Of a DNA stretch of 64,000 nucleotides, positions 24,701 to 36,559 are shown piece by piece. Below the pieces are notes generated by a model, which was not told where the DNA came from, did not search any database, and saw nothing but the letters and a program-made list of their open reading frames with translations. Made by a program: the position numbers and the translations under genes. Each line of letters opens with the position of its first letter. Positions within the stretch are counted from its first letter, which is position 1. Source of the stretch: Tubiluchus corallicola (lineage: Eukaryota; Animalia; Priapulida); NCBI GenBank assembly GCA_030141605.1, contig JAQGDQ010000367.1, positions 62,001-126,000 on the forward strand. Direction: 5' to 3'.

Positions 24701-27700
24701 TCTGTGTCTCTCTCTGTCTCTCTGTGTGTGTCTCTCTCTGTCTCTCTCTGTGTCTCTGTGCCTCTCTCTGTCTCTCTGTGTCTCTCTCCGTCGCTTTCTG
24801 TCTCTTTGTGTCTCTGTCTGTCTCTCTGTGTCTCTCTCTGTCTCTCTGTGTTTCTCTCTCTGTCTCTGTCTCTCTCTGTCCCTCTGTGTCTCTCTCTGTC
24901 TCTTTTTATGTCTCTGTCTATCTCTCTGTGTCTCTCTGTCTCTGTGTGTCTCTCTCTGTCTCTCCATCTGCCTCTCTGTGTCTCTCTTTGTCTCTCTGTG
25001 TCTCTCTCTGTCTCTCTCTCTCTCTCTGTCTCTCTCTGTGTCTCTCTCTGTCTCTCTGTGTCTCTCTCTGTCTCTCTGTGTCTCTCTCTGTCTCTGTGTG
25101 TCTCTCTCTCTGTCTCTCTCTGTCTCTATGTGTCTCTCTGTGTCTCTCTCTGTCTCTCTGTGTCTCTCTCTGTCTCTCTGTGTCTCTCTCCGTCTCTCTG
25201 TGCCTCTCTCTGTCTCTCTGTGTCTCTTTGTGTCTCTGTCTGTCTCTCTCTGTCTCTCTCTCTCTCTGTTTCTGTCTCTCTCTGTGTCTCTTTCTCTGTC
25301 TCTGTCTGTCTCTGTCTCTCTCTGTGTGTCTCTCTTTCTGTCTCTCTGTGTCTCCATCTGCCTCTCTGTGTGTCTCTCTCTCTCTGTCTCTCTGTGTCTC
25401 TCTCTGTCTCTGTGTGTCTCTCTCTCTATCTCTATGTGTCTCTCTCTGTCTCTCTGTGACTCTCTCTGTCTCTCTGTGACTCTCTCTCTCTGTCTCTCTG
25501 TGACTCTCTCTCTCTGTCTCTCTGTGTCTCTCTCTGTCTCTTTTGATAAGGAGGTTACCATAGCAACACATAGTAGCAGCTTACTGTATGTATTATCAAT
25601 TATTAGCTTATTATTATTTACTATAGTGCGACTTTTCATTGAATATTGGCGAATAAAAAATAGTCGTGGACGTAAAGAATTTGTTGTTGCCTTTTTGCTA
25701 TTTTGAAAATTTGCGATTATAAGCGTCAGCGCCCTGATTCTCGTTAGAGTTTAGTTGAATATGGTAGTCGGTGTATATGCGTATATCTTTACGAGACGGT
25801 GGAAACCTGGCGGTTAAATACAATATGAGCGAATGGCTTGAAACATACGTTACACAGAGTCCGAGGCAGGGTCGTACTGGCCTTTGCTGCGTTTCTTAAC
25901 CAGTTTTTTTGTTAACGCCCGTTGTTAGTAAGCAGAAGTCTGGTTGTCGAAGTTGCCACACCAAGGTATTAGTAACTAACTAACTATTAACTTGAATTGA
26001 TTTGAGGAAAAATATCAGGGACTGACAACTATTCGCCTGTTGAATACAAGACCACACAAAGCTGTGCGCGTTTTAAAAATTGGCTCGCAACATCTTATAT
26101 TCGATGCTCACGGCGGTTTCAACACAATTTCACAAATAGTGCCTTGTCTCGCCTTGCCCGCCTTACTTTAGAATCTTGTTTAGCAAAGCGATACTAAACC
26201 TTTTTGATTGAAGTCTATTTTTCAGTCAAGACAGTGGGGCCCTCCTGAGGCCCCCGTATTGATCCACGGGCCATAGGTATATAGCCCGAGCACTTGTACA
26301 CGAAACTGTTATTATGTACATGAAATTAGTCCGTGTTTTATACAGATTATAAAAATCACTATGTTGTAATCGTCACAGGGGCCCTTCGAAGGGAATGCGG
26401 CCCCTGATGAGGGGCCTGGTTGCTAGGAGTGCCCAGGTTGTACACGAAACTGTTATTATGTACATGAAATTATTCCGTGTTTTATACAGATTATAAAAAT
26501 CACTATGTTGTAATCGTCACAGGGGCCCTTCGAAGGGAATGCGGCCCCTGATGAGGGGCCTGGTTGCTAGGAGTGCCCAGACATTTAAAGCCAGTCCATT
26601 ATTACTATAAACATTGACGTTGCTGCACTTTGTATCGATTCTAATGGCAACACCGTCATCCAAAGCGAATAGCTAAATATAGGTCAAGGTTGTGAAAATG
26701 GCAAAAAAGAGCAACTTTGGCTAAAAATTCTGGACTCTTTGGAGATCGCTGGCCAAAATTTTATTTCATGCATTTGTAGGACTAGTCAAGCTGCAAATAA
26801 AAATATATTGATTAGTCCCCCAATACCCGCCCCAGTGGAGTTATGGGGATTTCAAAATGGCGTCTAAATTCAGCAGCAGCAGACACGTATCTTTTGCAAT
26901 CTGATGACACCAACTGAAAAGGAGGTTCAATTTGGCAACGATAATGGTACGGTAGGGTAAGACCCCTACTATATATATCACCAATTAACTAGTGCTGGAT
27001 CGCTCATTTACTGTCTGTAATAACGTGAGAAATAATGGGCAATTTTTTACGCCAAAATGGCCAAAATCCGAAAAAAATCAAAATGGCGGCTTTTCTCAGA
27101 AACGGCTCATTTCTGAAATCTAATATTTTGGCTGTGGAGTACATCTGAGGGGACCATCAAACCCTGTGAATATGAACAAAATCGGTGATTTGTCACCTTC
27201 CACTATTTTGCTGATTTTCTCACGGAATGACTCTTAAATATTTAGCCATATTTGGTTATATAGGTGAAAATCTTCTAGCAACTGTTCGCAGTGTGATGTC
27301 CTCACCCTACCTTGCTGATCCCGGACAGTATCGGCATGGAAGCATGGTATTTTTTGATGTTTTGGGATTGTACATGGTTTTGTATCCGCAGCGCATGGGC
27401 ATGATTGTTAACGGACTAGTTTTAGTGGCAGTGACGTTTGGGATTCTGCGTAAAATTTTCGACCGATCTACTACTGGTGAGCTAATTTAGTTAATTTTGG
27501 ACCTTGGTTTTTGTTCTGTTTTTAAAGTTTTGTTATTTTGTGTTTTTGGCTGTCTGTGTGTGTGCGTGCGTGCATACAAGTGTGTATGTGGGTGTTTGCT
27601 TCAAGTCACCTCATTACTAAAATATTAAACTAAATACAGTAATTATTACAAGATAACATGGCTTCTCTTCCGTGGCTTGGTGTGCCTATCATTTTTATGC

Positions 27701-30700
27701 AGAAAGAAGCAACTTCAAGATACAGCATAACAGAAACTATGCTCTTTCCTAGTCTTTCCTTATTAGACTGACGGTTAATGGACTCAGTCGCTTAATTGAC
27801 GTAAAACACCTTGAAGTGTTCAAATGTATAAAAAAAACTGCCGGTAATTGACTTAATATTTTTACTTCTTGCACTTAAAGTAAGACACTTGTGTGTACCC
27901 AAGGAGCTTTTGGAATGCTTTTAGTGCAATGTAGACCTTGTGCACTAAAATATACACAGAAACAGCTGTGTTAGGTACAGCTTTGTTTATAAGCAGGTAC
28001 TTTGCGTTTATCATATGCACTAATATGTTAATGTAGTGGTTTTGCTTTGAATCTGTCATCTGCTTATGTGCTGCAGTTAACCATATTGTTTCTGGAAACT
28101 AACATTTAATCGGTTGCCTAGCAGTTTGCTTTTGAAACTCCTGCTGCTTTTCACAAGGTCATCACCAACTGCAGCTCAAGCACTAGGTGACTAGCAAGAA
28201 ACGAGGCAACCGACCTTGCATGAATTTTTGCAATTTTTAATGGTAATAATCAGATTTTTAGGATTTTTTCTTTGTTATTAATTCACTTATATAAATTATG
28301 CTTCTTAAATAATTGCAAGTAGGTATTTTTGACATTCATTTAAAGCCTTTGCAATGCGTACAATGCATACTTGTATAGTAGTCATATACTAAACCTGGCA
28401 GCTAATTGACTCACCTGGCAGCTAATTGACTCATTCGGTTAATTGGGTTAAAACACTTCCATCCCAAAGTGAGTCTATTATGCAGCGCCTACTGTAATAA
28501 TAATAGTAGTGCAGTAACAACAGTAACAGGAAGAACTAATAAATGTTTTTATTGGTTTTTATCTATTTCATTTAGTGTTTACATGTATAAATTTTTCTTG
28601 TTATTTTAGGCTATCATGGATTTGCTTACTTTTCCCAACTGCTGCGAATGATATTAGTGATTTTCTGCTCTTGGATGGCCACTGCTGCCATCTGTTCTGG
28701 ATTAGCAATTCTTCTTACTGTAGCTGGGTGTAGCATGTCCTGGTTTACAAGATCTTACCTTATAGGAGGCCTTTATGAAGCACCGGCTTTAATTGCTGCA
28801 ATTGGTGTTCACTGTGCAGCAAAGCATTACTTGTTTCGAGTAAGGAAGTTTCAGAAACATTATATAATTTGCGATTCTGCAAACAAGCAAATAAAGAAAT
28901 GTATCGGTTTGGTTTATTGAAACACTTTTACCTTTGATTTCTATAATGTCTCGCACATACTAATTACTTATTAATTATTTATGATTCGGATAGCAATATG
29001 TATTAACTAATGGCACTTAAAACCAGCCTCAGTACTAATGTTTTTGTGTTTTCTCCCCTTTGGCTAGGTCTCGTTTCAAAAATTTAGTGTTTATGTGTTT
29101 ATTCCATCAATGATTTACAATCTTGAAACAAGGATTATGAATACCATTTACTTACGGATAATTCTAGAATTTCAATTAATTACAAAATATTGTCTAATCA
29201 TTCAACTATTACTTGCTATTACTCTAATATTAATAAACTAGCACTTACAATTATTACATAAATGATGGATTAATGTGTTATAAGTATATAATTAAGGCTT
29301 GCCTTGAATTCAGTGGGCTGAGGGATCTGGTGCTAATGGTGTTGGACTTGTAACTCAACCAGTCCCATCTCAATTCCAGCATCACTCCCAACTTTTTCAC
29401 ATTTTTTTTCTCTGTCAGGTTTGTTTTCAAAAACTTACTAATTGTTGTTTGCTTCATCATAAATTTTTATTTAATAACGAGTATTATATGCATAGAACTA
29501 ACTTTTATTTTCTCACATTTTTTATTATTGTGAAAGTTCCACATGTTTCTGTGTTTCAGGAAAGTACTGGAATTTTCTAGTCTACTTTTTTTGTTGGTAA
29601 TGAAACTGGTCCTGTCTCTGATATTAATACTTCATTGTTAGTAAAAAGATAACATAATTATGAATTAACTATGTTGTTGCAATTAAATAAATTATATGTT
29701 GTTTTTGTAGAATAAAGAGTTGTGGAAACTGGAACACATTCACTTTGATGCAACGATAGTAATATGGTCACTTATCCTTGCTGCATTTACCTACAACGGA
29801 CTTTGTTCTGCCTATGTTTCATTAGTTTGGGTGTTTTTTCCATTGATTCTTCGTGACAGATTGCTCACATGGCTTCAGTTATTTGTTAAAGGTCAATATT
29901 TGTCTGTACTTGAAAGTGACTTACTTTTCACTGCATGTAATATAATTGTGTACATGTGAGTGATGATGTTTATACGATGATCTCACTAGCTGCAGTTGAA
30001 ATGATAAGGCTAATGGAATTCATGCTTGTGCATTTTCAATTGCATGGCATGTATGTAACATGCGACATATTAAGCGACATGCATTTCTAGTAGGCAAAAT
30101 TTAACTGGATTCAACACCTTTTGGAGATCAACCAAAAAATGTGCAATTTTAAATAAATATTTTTTTCCAAATTCGGTGAATTTGTATGTTTAACAATTTT
30201 ACACCTTCATTTTGTCATTTTGTTCAGGTATGCTTACTTACACGGTTCATTTATCATTTTTTATTTTGTTTCAGCAAGAACCGATGTATTCTTATTTTTC
30301 TACTTGTTGTCTTTGACATTCCCATTTCTCATCACCTGTTACCTGCTTGTTGGTGTTTACCAGTTCTTCATACCTGTTCTGGGAAGAACGGGAACGGAGA
30401 CGGTGCCGGATTTAGTCATTGCACACGTAGCTGCACTTTGCGTCTACATTAAAACAAATTTTGTAAGTACTGTAAACTTGTTTTTATAATAAAGATACAA
30501 TATAACATCATTATAGTGAACCTACTAGAGATGCCATAAAATGTACTCTGCAACGAGGTACTCTATAAGCATTCGCGGCTAATCATATGTATAGGACAAC
30601 CATGTATTAATAATGTACAATGTGTGGCTTCATAGATTATGTAAAGTACTTGTAGAAGATGCCATCTAGTATCAACTACTTTAGAGTATATTCAAATTCA

Positions 30701-33700
30701 ATGAAGCATGTTTTATGTAATTTCATTAAACCAAGAATTCATATTAAATTGTGTGTACACGTTCACTTGTAAATGTACGTGTTCTTGTGTTATGTACATG
30801 TTCATTAAAGCCATTGAAATTAAAAAAAGCTGTCAATTTTGTTTACTTAAAATTTCTATTTGTATGTTGTATAAAAAAAATTTGCAGGTTAAATTTAACT
30901 GTAAATTAATTTGCAAGCGTCTGGCAAAGGTAAAGAACGCAATAAAACTTATGAGTACATAGTAGTGCAAGCAATGGGCCCTGATAAAAGATCTGCTATA
31001 TGCAATAATCGAGTACGTTGTATTCAAAACTATTATACTAGTTAACTATGGCCATATTACGTTGACAACACCGGTTCTTATCTGATCACCGAAGTTAAGC
31101 AATGTAGAGCCTGGTTAGTACTTGGATGGGTGACCGCCATGGAGCCTTCGGGATGCCCACACTGTATCTCGACACTAGGCGGAGGAGCTGTACAAGCAGC
31201 CAACGGCTAGAGGGCAGAGGAGGTCAAGTGGCCCAACGGCCACGTGTACAGGAGTAAACCTTCCAAATCAGGAATGGAGCCCCGAAGGCGTCCCAGTGCA
31301 GCATGCTCACTGACTCCGGCAGCTCCTGCAGCCAACCTGGTGCCAAATATATCGCTCTGCTTTCCTTTGGACTACACCAGGGAGGAACAGAGGGGTTCCT
31401 GTTGTCTGGGCAACTCAGGATCTCCATTCACCTGGCCCAGGCGGGTGCCCTGGAGAGGCCCCTCCAGTGGTTCAAGGATCGGATTGCTCAGCCACAGTCA
31501 ACGCTGCAGCTCCATCAATGTGATCAATAACTGACTCTCTCGGCGCACACTCCATTGTCTTCCGAGACAGAAGGATGCCAACAATTCTAGTTAAATAAAT
31601 GATGAAAGTTCTTTTTTTCTGAGTTGCCGATGTGTATGCAATAAACTATGTCCACTATAATGGTGTTATACTGTAGTTCTCGCTGTGCAGTTACATTAGT
31701 TCCAACCTTTCTTGTATCAAGCAAGGGTGGTTTTTAAAGAGTCTTTTTGAATAACTGTAGCTACCAGAGAGATTCTTAGCTTTTGCTAGAACAATTTGTT
31801 TAACCAGTGCACAGCATACACTAAATGTTTTAAGCTTTTTGATGGTGCCTTTGTTTAATCATTATGTTTTAGTTTGCAATCAATTATTTTGTTTTGCTAG
31901 ACAGTACAGGAAAGTCACAGTGAGCGGTGAAGGTATAGTTTAGTGCAAAACCGGCCCCAATCGTAAATTTTAGGTCAAAACAATCTACTCTTTAAAATGT
32001 TGAAAGGAAACACACTATTTTTTCACAAAAGAGTTACGTGAAAGAATTATTAACACAAAAACACAATATCGTGTTCGTGCCACTAGTTCTTCGCTGTTGC
32101 ATGCATTTCGCCACTCGCTAGTTAGCTGGGCACTGCATTTCGAAAACACGTTGCATGAAAAACATTTGCTGTACCTCTCAGTTCAGATGTGTTAGTTTGT
32201 AACAAATTACACACATTCGACTGCTCATGTGTGAGCACAGCAGTAAATTTTTAATTTGAATTTTTATCTTAAACTTGCCTAGTTTTAGTACAATGCTCTG
32301 AATGTCTTGTAGTATACTGTACTTCAATTTTCGCTTTTGCGAACGCATGCAACACACTCGTGGACTATTTTTGCTGTTAAAAATTATGTTAGTTTGTGAT
32401 GTCATCAATAGTTGGGCTCACCTGCCGTTAATGAAGTTTTTAATCTATTATTTAATTATCAGAAAAGCTTTTGCAGTATTAATTGTGTTAAGATGTATAC
32501 TTTTTATCGGACTTGAAAATGGGATAGTATATGAAAAATCATCCTGGCCTCCTTTAAATGTATTTTGTTTGTTTTTGCAGCTAAGTTTGGTATTCGTCAC
32601 GCGTAGCATGAAGAAGGTGTTAACAGCGTTGCTTCTCTTCTCTGTAATCACCTATGCTTTGGTACTTTTAACACCACTGAGCTTTCCGTACGGTTCGAAC
32701 CCAAAGAAGCCAACACCACAGCGTAGCATAATACACGTATGTAATAGGCAATAAATATGTGACTCTTTTCTTACCTTGATGTCAATTTTTTTTTTGTAAA
32801 AACGTTATAGTTTTGATCAGGGGCCTGCCAAGAGGATTTGTGTGGCCCGCGAAGAGATTTGTCAACCTAATGAAAGTGCGGCCCGGGCGATTAATTGAGT
32901 GTATCCAGCTGAAGTCCGTGCCACGATCCCAAGGATAGTGTGGGTAGTTTTTTCTACTAGATCGGATGCCATTAACCCTTACAAGATGGCTGTGTGATAC
33001 ACATTATTAATATGCATTGTAATGAAATTACACTATCTGTCCTGAAAGTAGAGATATATGGTTTGTAATATAAATTTTAATAACTTCTAAAATAGTTTCT
33101 AAGTGTAGTAGTAATGATGTACGCAGGTCGGATGAAAAAAAAATCGTTATTAGGTCTTTGTGTACTTGGCTCCTTGATCAAACTGCCTGTGGCCTGCAGG
33201 AATTGCGGGAAAGTTTAATGTGGCCCGGCTAGTCAGATAATTTGCACCTACCCCTGGTTTTGATGTTTAAAAGTTTAGATCTCTTATCTTTAACTGTATA
33301 TGTAACAAATAGTTTTTCTTAGCTAAACGTCTTGTATTGTTCATCTTTAAAGTAACTATACGAAAAAGCACCACTCATTGCAAACAAATTAACGTCATAT
33401 TAATTATAATTCGTAATGCGTAAGTAATGTGTGCTTGAAATGACGTAATCTTAAGAAACCGTTAAAGTAAAATGGAAAGTGTTTTGCTGCGGGAAGACAC
33501 TTGCTACCATCAAAGAAAGTAATTCAGCTTTATTTGTTTTATTTAATTAGTGTTGTACACTTAAAGAATTTCACATACGTTATGCTATTGCTTATGCTAA
33601 ACTTAAAAATTAAAGAATTACACATAGGTTATGCTATTGCTTATGCTAAACTTAAAAATTAAAGAATTAGTCCCAGAATTTGGCGCCTTAAGCAGCTGCC

Positions 33701-36559
33701 TAGTTTACTTAGAAGTAGAGCCGGCCCTATGCATTATTCTCACTTAATAGCACTGCTTAAGATTTGACTTGTATTACCTGTTCCAGCATACGGAGCGAAA
33801 GTTTTACGACATACATGGTGAGCTTTATAAGCACGACTCTGGTATGTGGCACATTCCTTTCGATTATGTTGGCGTTAAACCACTGTTGCCATATCAAAAG
33901 CGTCTTCGCAATGCACACACCGTCGACTGTGAAGGAGAGATGTACTGTGCAATGCCTTATTACTTTCCTCTTGCAACTATGATGAGGTGTTCGAATACGT
34001 ATTGATTTTTATTAATAAAACCTTAGCAGATTAATTTAAATGGTACTTGCTCACAACAGAATATACACTACACATTGTGACATTGAGTATTTATTGAAAC
34101 TTAAGGAAGGTAATGATTTTATTTCAATACAATTGCAATGAAACGTGTGAAACATAAGGCTTGATGGTGACTACTAAGTTGTTTCTTGAAATGTTCTGTT
34201 GTTTTGTTTCTAGCCAGGCCTCTATATATATAAGTGTAAGCCAGTTCTCGAATCAACGGATATATGTGCCCATCACTTTTACAAACTTGAAAAACTTACT
34301 ATTAACTAATTTATTAATTTCAAATTTTATGCAACATGGTTCTTGCATCCTTTGAGATATACCATACACAATCCCATATAGGTTAAATTCAAGAACATTG
34401 TTTAAAGTTCCAGATTAGAATACTTTACGAAACTGTGCTCACAAAATTGCAGGCGAAGTTGCTAAAGAAGCAGCCATTTCAGCAAACATTTCATCATAAT
34501 TCATGTCTGCATCATAGTATCCAGAAAATTTGACTCCTAATTTGCAAAACATTTTCTTATACTCTATTAAAATTGTTTTCATTTTACCAAAATCTGTGGC
34601 AGGTTTTTTGCAACTTAACTTGCAAATTACTGTACAACTTTCTATTTTGTCAGCGTTTTTAAAAAGCTAGCTACTTTGAGCTTCCTGAAAGTATAAATAA
34701 GATGAAGTTACTATTACATTTTACACAGGGAGACTTATTACGTTCCTGCTAAACCTCCGGTAGTCAGCATTCCAGTGTCGGTGGTGAAACAGTCACATGA
34801 AGTCCAGAGACAAAAGTATTACTCCATTCACAAAATTTCCTTAAATGTTACAGGTAGTAATCATTAACGTTATATTATCTGTAGTTCCAAGTGCAAGAAG
34901 ACCTAGCAAGCTTTGCATTGGCAACAAAAAAATGAACACACCTGCTTGATCTATTACTAGAATTTATCACTTGCTATTGTACCTGTTGAATTATGTATTT
35001 ATTGTTAAATATTTAAACACAATTTTATTATTTGTTTTTATGTAGGACCTGATCATATAATAGTTTATATTTCCCCAAAGTCTGACATAGACTTGTCTCG
35101 TTGGTCATTAAACCATGAGCCTCCATATCCAAGTTATCTTTGGGACGATAGATACATTTACTTCGTTTACTACTCATACGGAGAAAATCCTGGACCATGG
35201 ACGTTTACCTTAGATTTAATGGTAACCCAATCCAAAAATATTTGCATTTACAAGTGTCTGCACTTCTTCTTGAGTTGTGGCAATGCTAAACTTGATTTTA
35301 AACTGCTGTGTTGTTTCACTTTAATTATGCCATCTTGAAAACCAGTACTGATACATATCTTTGTAGCATGTCTTTTCGGCTATATGGCTGCACATGTGGA
35401 AGATTAATTAAGAAGAATGTTCAAAGATTGTATGAAGCGAAATATTTACACAAGGTTTTTAAGAACATTTATTTCTAGAATTCGCTGTTTTATGACTTTA
35501 TTAAACTACATGAGTTCTACGTAATGTACAAGTTGAATGGCAACGTTAATTGAAATTAAATCAAGAAAAGTATGAAATTAGCAGTCAAATTAGAAAAGAA
35601 GGCAGTGAAATCATGTTATATTTCTTGAAAAGAAAGCTGTTTTAAGATGACACAAAGCATTATACTTGAATAAGGACAATATTCAACATCAAACTTATCT
35701 ATATGTAAAAGAAGTAACTCGAAAATAAAGTTTTATAAACAAAAACCAAAAGTTTGCTGTCGAAAGTTCTTCATGTACACTTTTGCAAGAATGTCAGTAT
35801 GTGGACCTTACAAGCTCTAATTTTTTTATACAGCTTTCTCTGTCAGTTTTTTTGTTATGAGTGTAGTATTTTCACATAAAGTTGCCAGGCTTTGCATTAA
35901 ACAATCAGCACAGCTTGTAAATTTTACAGTTTTTCCAATGTTAATTGCACCAGCTTTCGTGTCAAGCAACTGTATGGTGCGCAACATGTTTTGTGTATGG
36001 CATAAGCAAGTGTTTACAGGACTTGTGTCCCCATCTATAAAATTATTAGGGAATTAATAGAATACAGTGCATCTTCAAAGAGGATTTTTTTATAAATTCA
36101 TAAATTACCGAAGCTCTTTTATCATTTGTTGCTCAAGTTTGCGCTAAGATGGAATCTGTTGTGCAGTTATGTGCAGAATAGTGAAGTATGTAAAATCTAC
36201 TGATGCTCATTTGCAGGTTATTAAGTAGAACAGTTTTAGCCAACAACAGTGCAGTGTAGAAAGTTGAGAGTTCAAATCCTGCACTGGTTTTTTTACATTT
36301 TCCTGCTAGTCTGGTGATTATAAGTTTTCCAGTACACTGAAATCAATTAATTCCTAGGTTTTGCTGAGTTTGTGTTTGGTCTTCTTAGGTTCCTCACAAT
36401 TACCATACTGATTCTGGTATAGTGGATATCGCATTCTCTGGCCATTATTTGCATGGGAAAGATCGTCTTAATCCAGAACTCAATGCTTACCTGTCTGTGT
36501 TCCCAGACTGGAGTTATCCTGTTGGCTGGACAGCAACTTATCAAGCTTTTGTATATTAA
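15709..36559 (+). CDS. ERMP1: Endoplasmic reticulum metallopeptidase 1 (M28 family, multi-pass membrane protein)
   Basis: 14 exons: 15709-16276, 20556-20683, 21306-21411, 22722-22868, 22979-23071, 27264-27476, 28610-28839, 29711-29891, 30275-30462, 32581-32736, 33787-33986, 34729-34853, 35046-35221, 36389-36559. Zinc-ligand and family motifs [48 protein letters not shown] and GYVYHTKWD are present, followed by TM helices (FIPVLGRTG) and a C-terminal FPDWSYP. AATAAA at 36901. Confidence 0.97.
16527..17527. mobile_element. Non-autonomous Tc1/mariner-pogo-like DNA transposon (~1 kb)
   Basis: Imperfect TIRs CTGTAGGACCTCGATTATCT ... AGATAATTGAGATCTTACGG, flanked by TA on both sides, with repeated GGATAATC-like subterminal motifs. 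Confidence 0.6.
17700..17942 (+). mobile_element. 3' end of a non-LTR retroelement with a (GAATT)n tail; related inverted copy at ~47203-47400
   Basis: Both places share a TGAC..TAGTCTTT(T)CGC...CTCT motif followed by an A/T-rich stretch and a GAATT repeat tail. Boundaries approximate. Confidence 0.45.
19945..20529. mobile_element. Kolobok-like transposon end fragment, copy 1 (ERMP1 intron 1)
   Basis: Colinear with 31943-32553. Ends ...CCT|TTAA, i.e. a purine-purine terminus next to a TTAA target. Confidence 0.6.
24401..25541. repeat. ~1.14-kb compound (TC)n/(TG)n microsatellite
   Basis: Direct reading; accounts for the SL- and RE-repeat ORFs in the ORF track. Confidence 0.98.
26294..26580. 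repeat. Near-perfect tandem duplication, 144-bp unit x2, inside the Kolobok-like element
   Basis: Units start at 26294 and 26438 (TTGTACACGAAACTG...GGAGTGCCCAG). Confidence 0.9.
31046..31586 (+). mobile_element. 5S rRNA-derived SINE (SINE3) with an RTE-LINE-derived tail and probably body
   Basis: 31046-31138 matches the 5' ~90 nt of 5S rRNA, including A-box and C-box regions (AGTTAAGC; TGGATGGGTGACC). A GC-rich body follows. The 3' part encodes [12 protein letters not shown] and ends CCATTGTCTTCCGAGACAGAAGGATGCCAACAA, typical of RTE 3' ends. TSD CTAGTTAA at 31038-31045 and 31587-31594. Confidence 0.82.
31943..32553. mobile_element. Kolobok-like transposon end fragment, copy 2 (ERMP1 intron 9)
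   Basis: Colinear with 19945-20529; ends ...CCT|TTAA. Confidence 0.6.
32818..33256. mobile_element. hAT (Charlie-like) MITE
   Basis: Termini CAGGGG...CCCCTG, a perfect 8-bp TSD GTTTTGAT (32810-32817 and 33257-33264), and internal GTGGCCC(G) motifs. Confidence 0.85.
33561..33669. repeat. 49-bp tandem duplication
   Basis: TTAAAGAATT..CACATA.GTTATGCTATTGCTTATGCTAAACTTAAAAA occurs twice plus a partial third copy. Confidence 0.85.

Larger units (their letters stand above)
23783..27233. mobile_element. Non-autonomous Kolobok-like DNA transposon with ~500-bp imperfect TIRs
   Basis: TTAA|GAGTCATTCCG ... CGGAATGACTC|TTAA with TSDs at 23779-23782 and 27234-27237. Inverted similarity extends to ~24280 and ~26748. 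An RR terminus with TTAA fits Kolobok rather than piggyBac. No transposase ORF seen. Confidence 0.8.

Noticed and set aside
24346-25706. Long ORFs of 217-446 aa (SL- and RE-repeat) on both strands
   Set aside because: They are translations of the TC/TG microsatellite, which lacks stop codons, and lie inside an ERMP1 intron.
26400-26460. Hammerhead ribozyme core (CTGATGAG...GAAAC) in the 144-bp repeat
   Set aside because: Stem II cannot close next to GAAA, no matching stem I/III with a cleavage triplet was found, and CTGATGA sits within its own GCCCCT/AGGGGC hairpin.
31044-31138. Functional 5S rRNA gene
   Set aside because: It lacks the 3' ~25 nt and the oligo-T terminator, shows CpG-type decay, and is fused to a retroelement body within a TSD.
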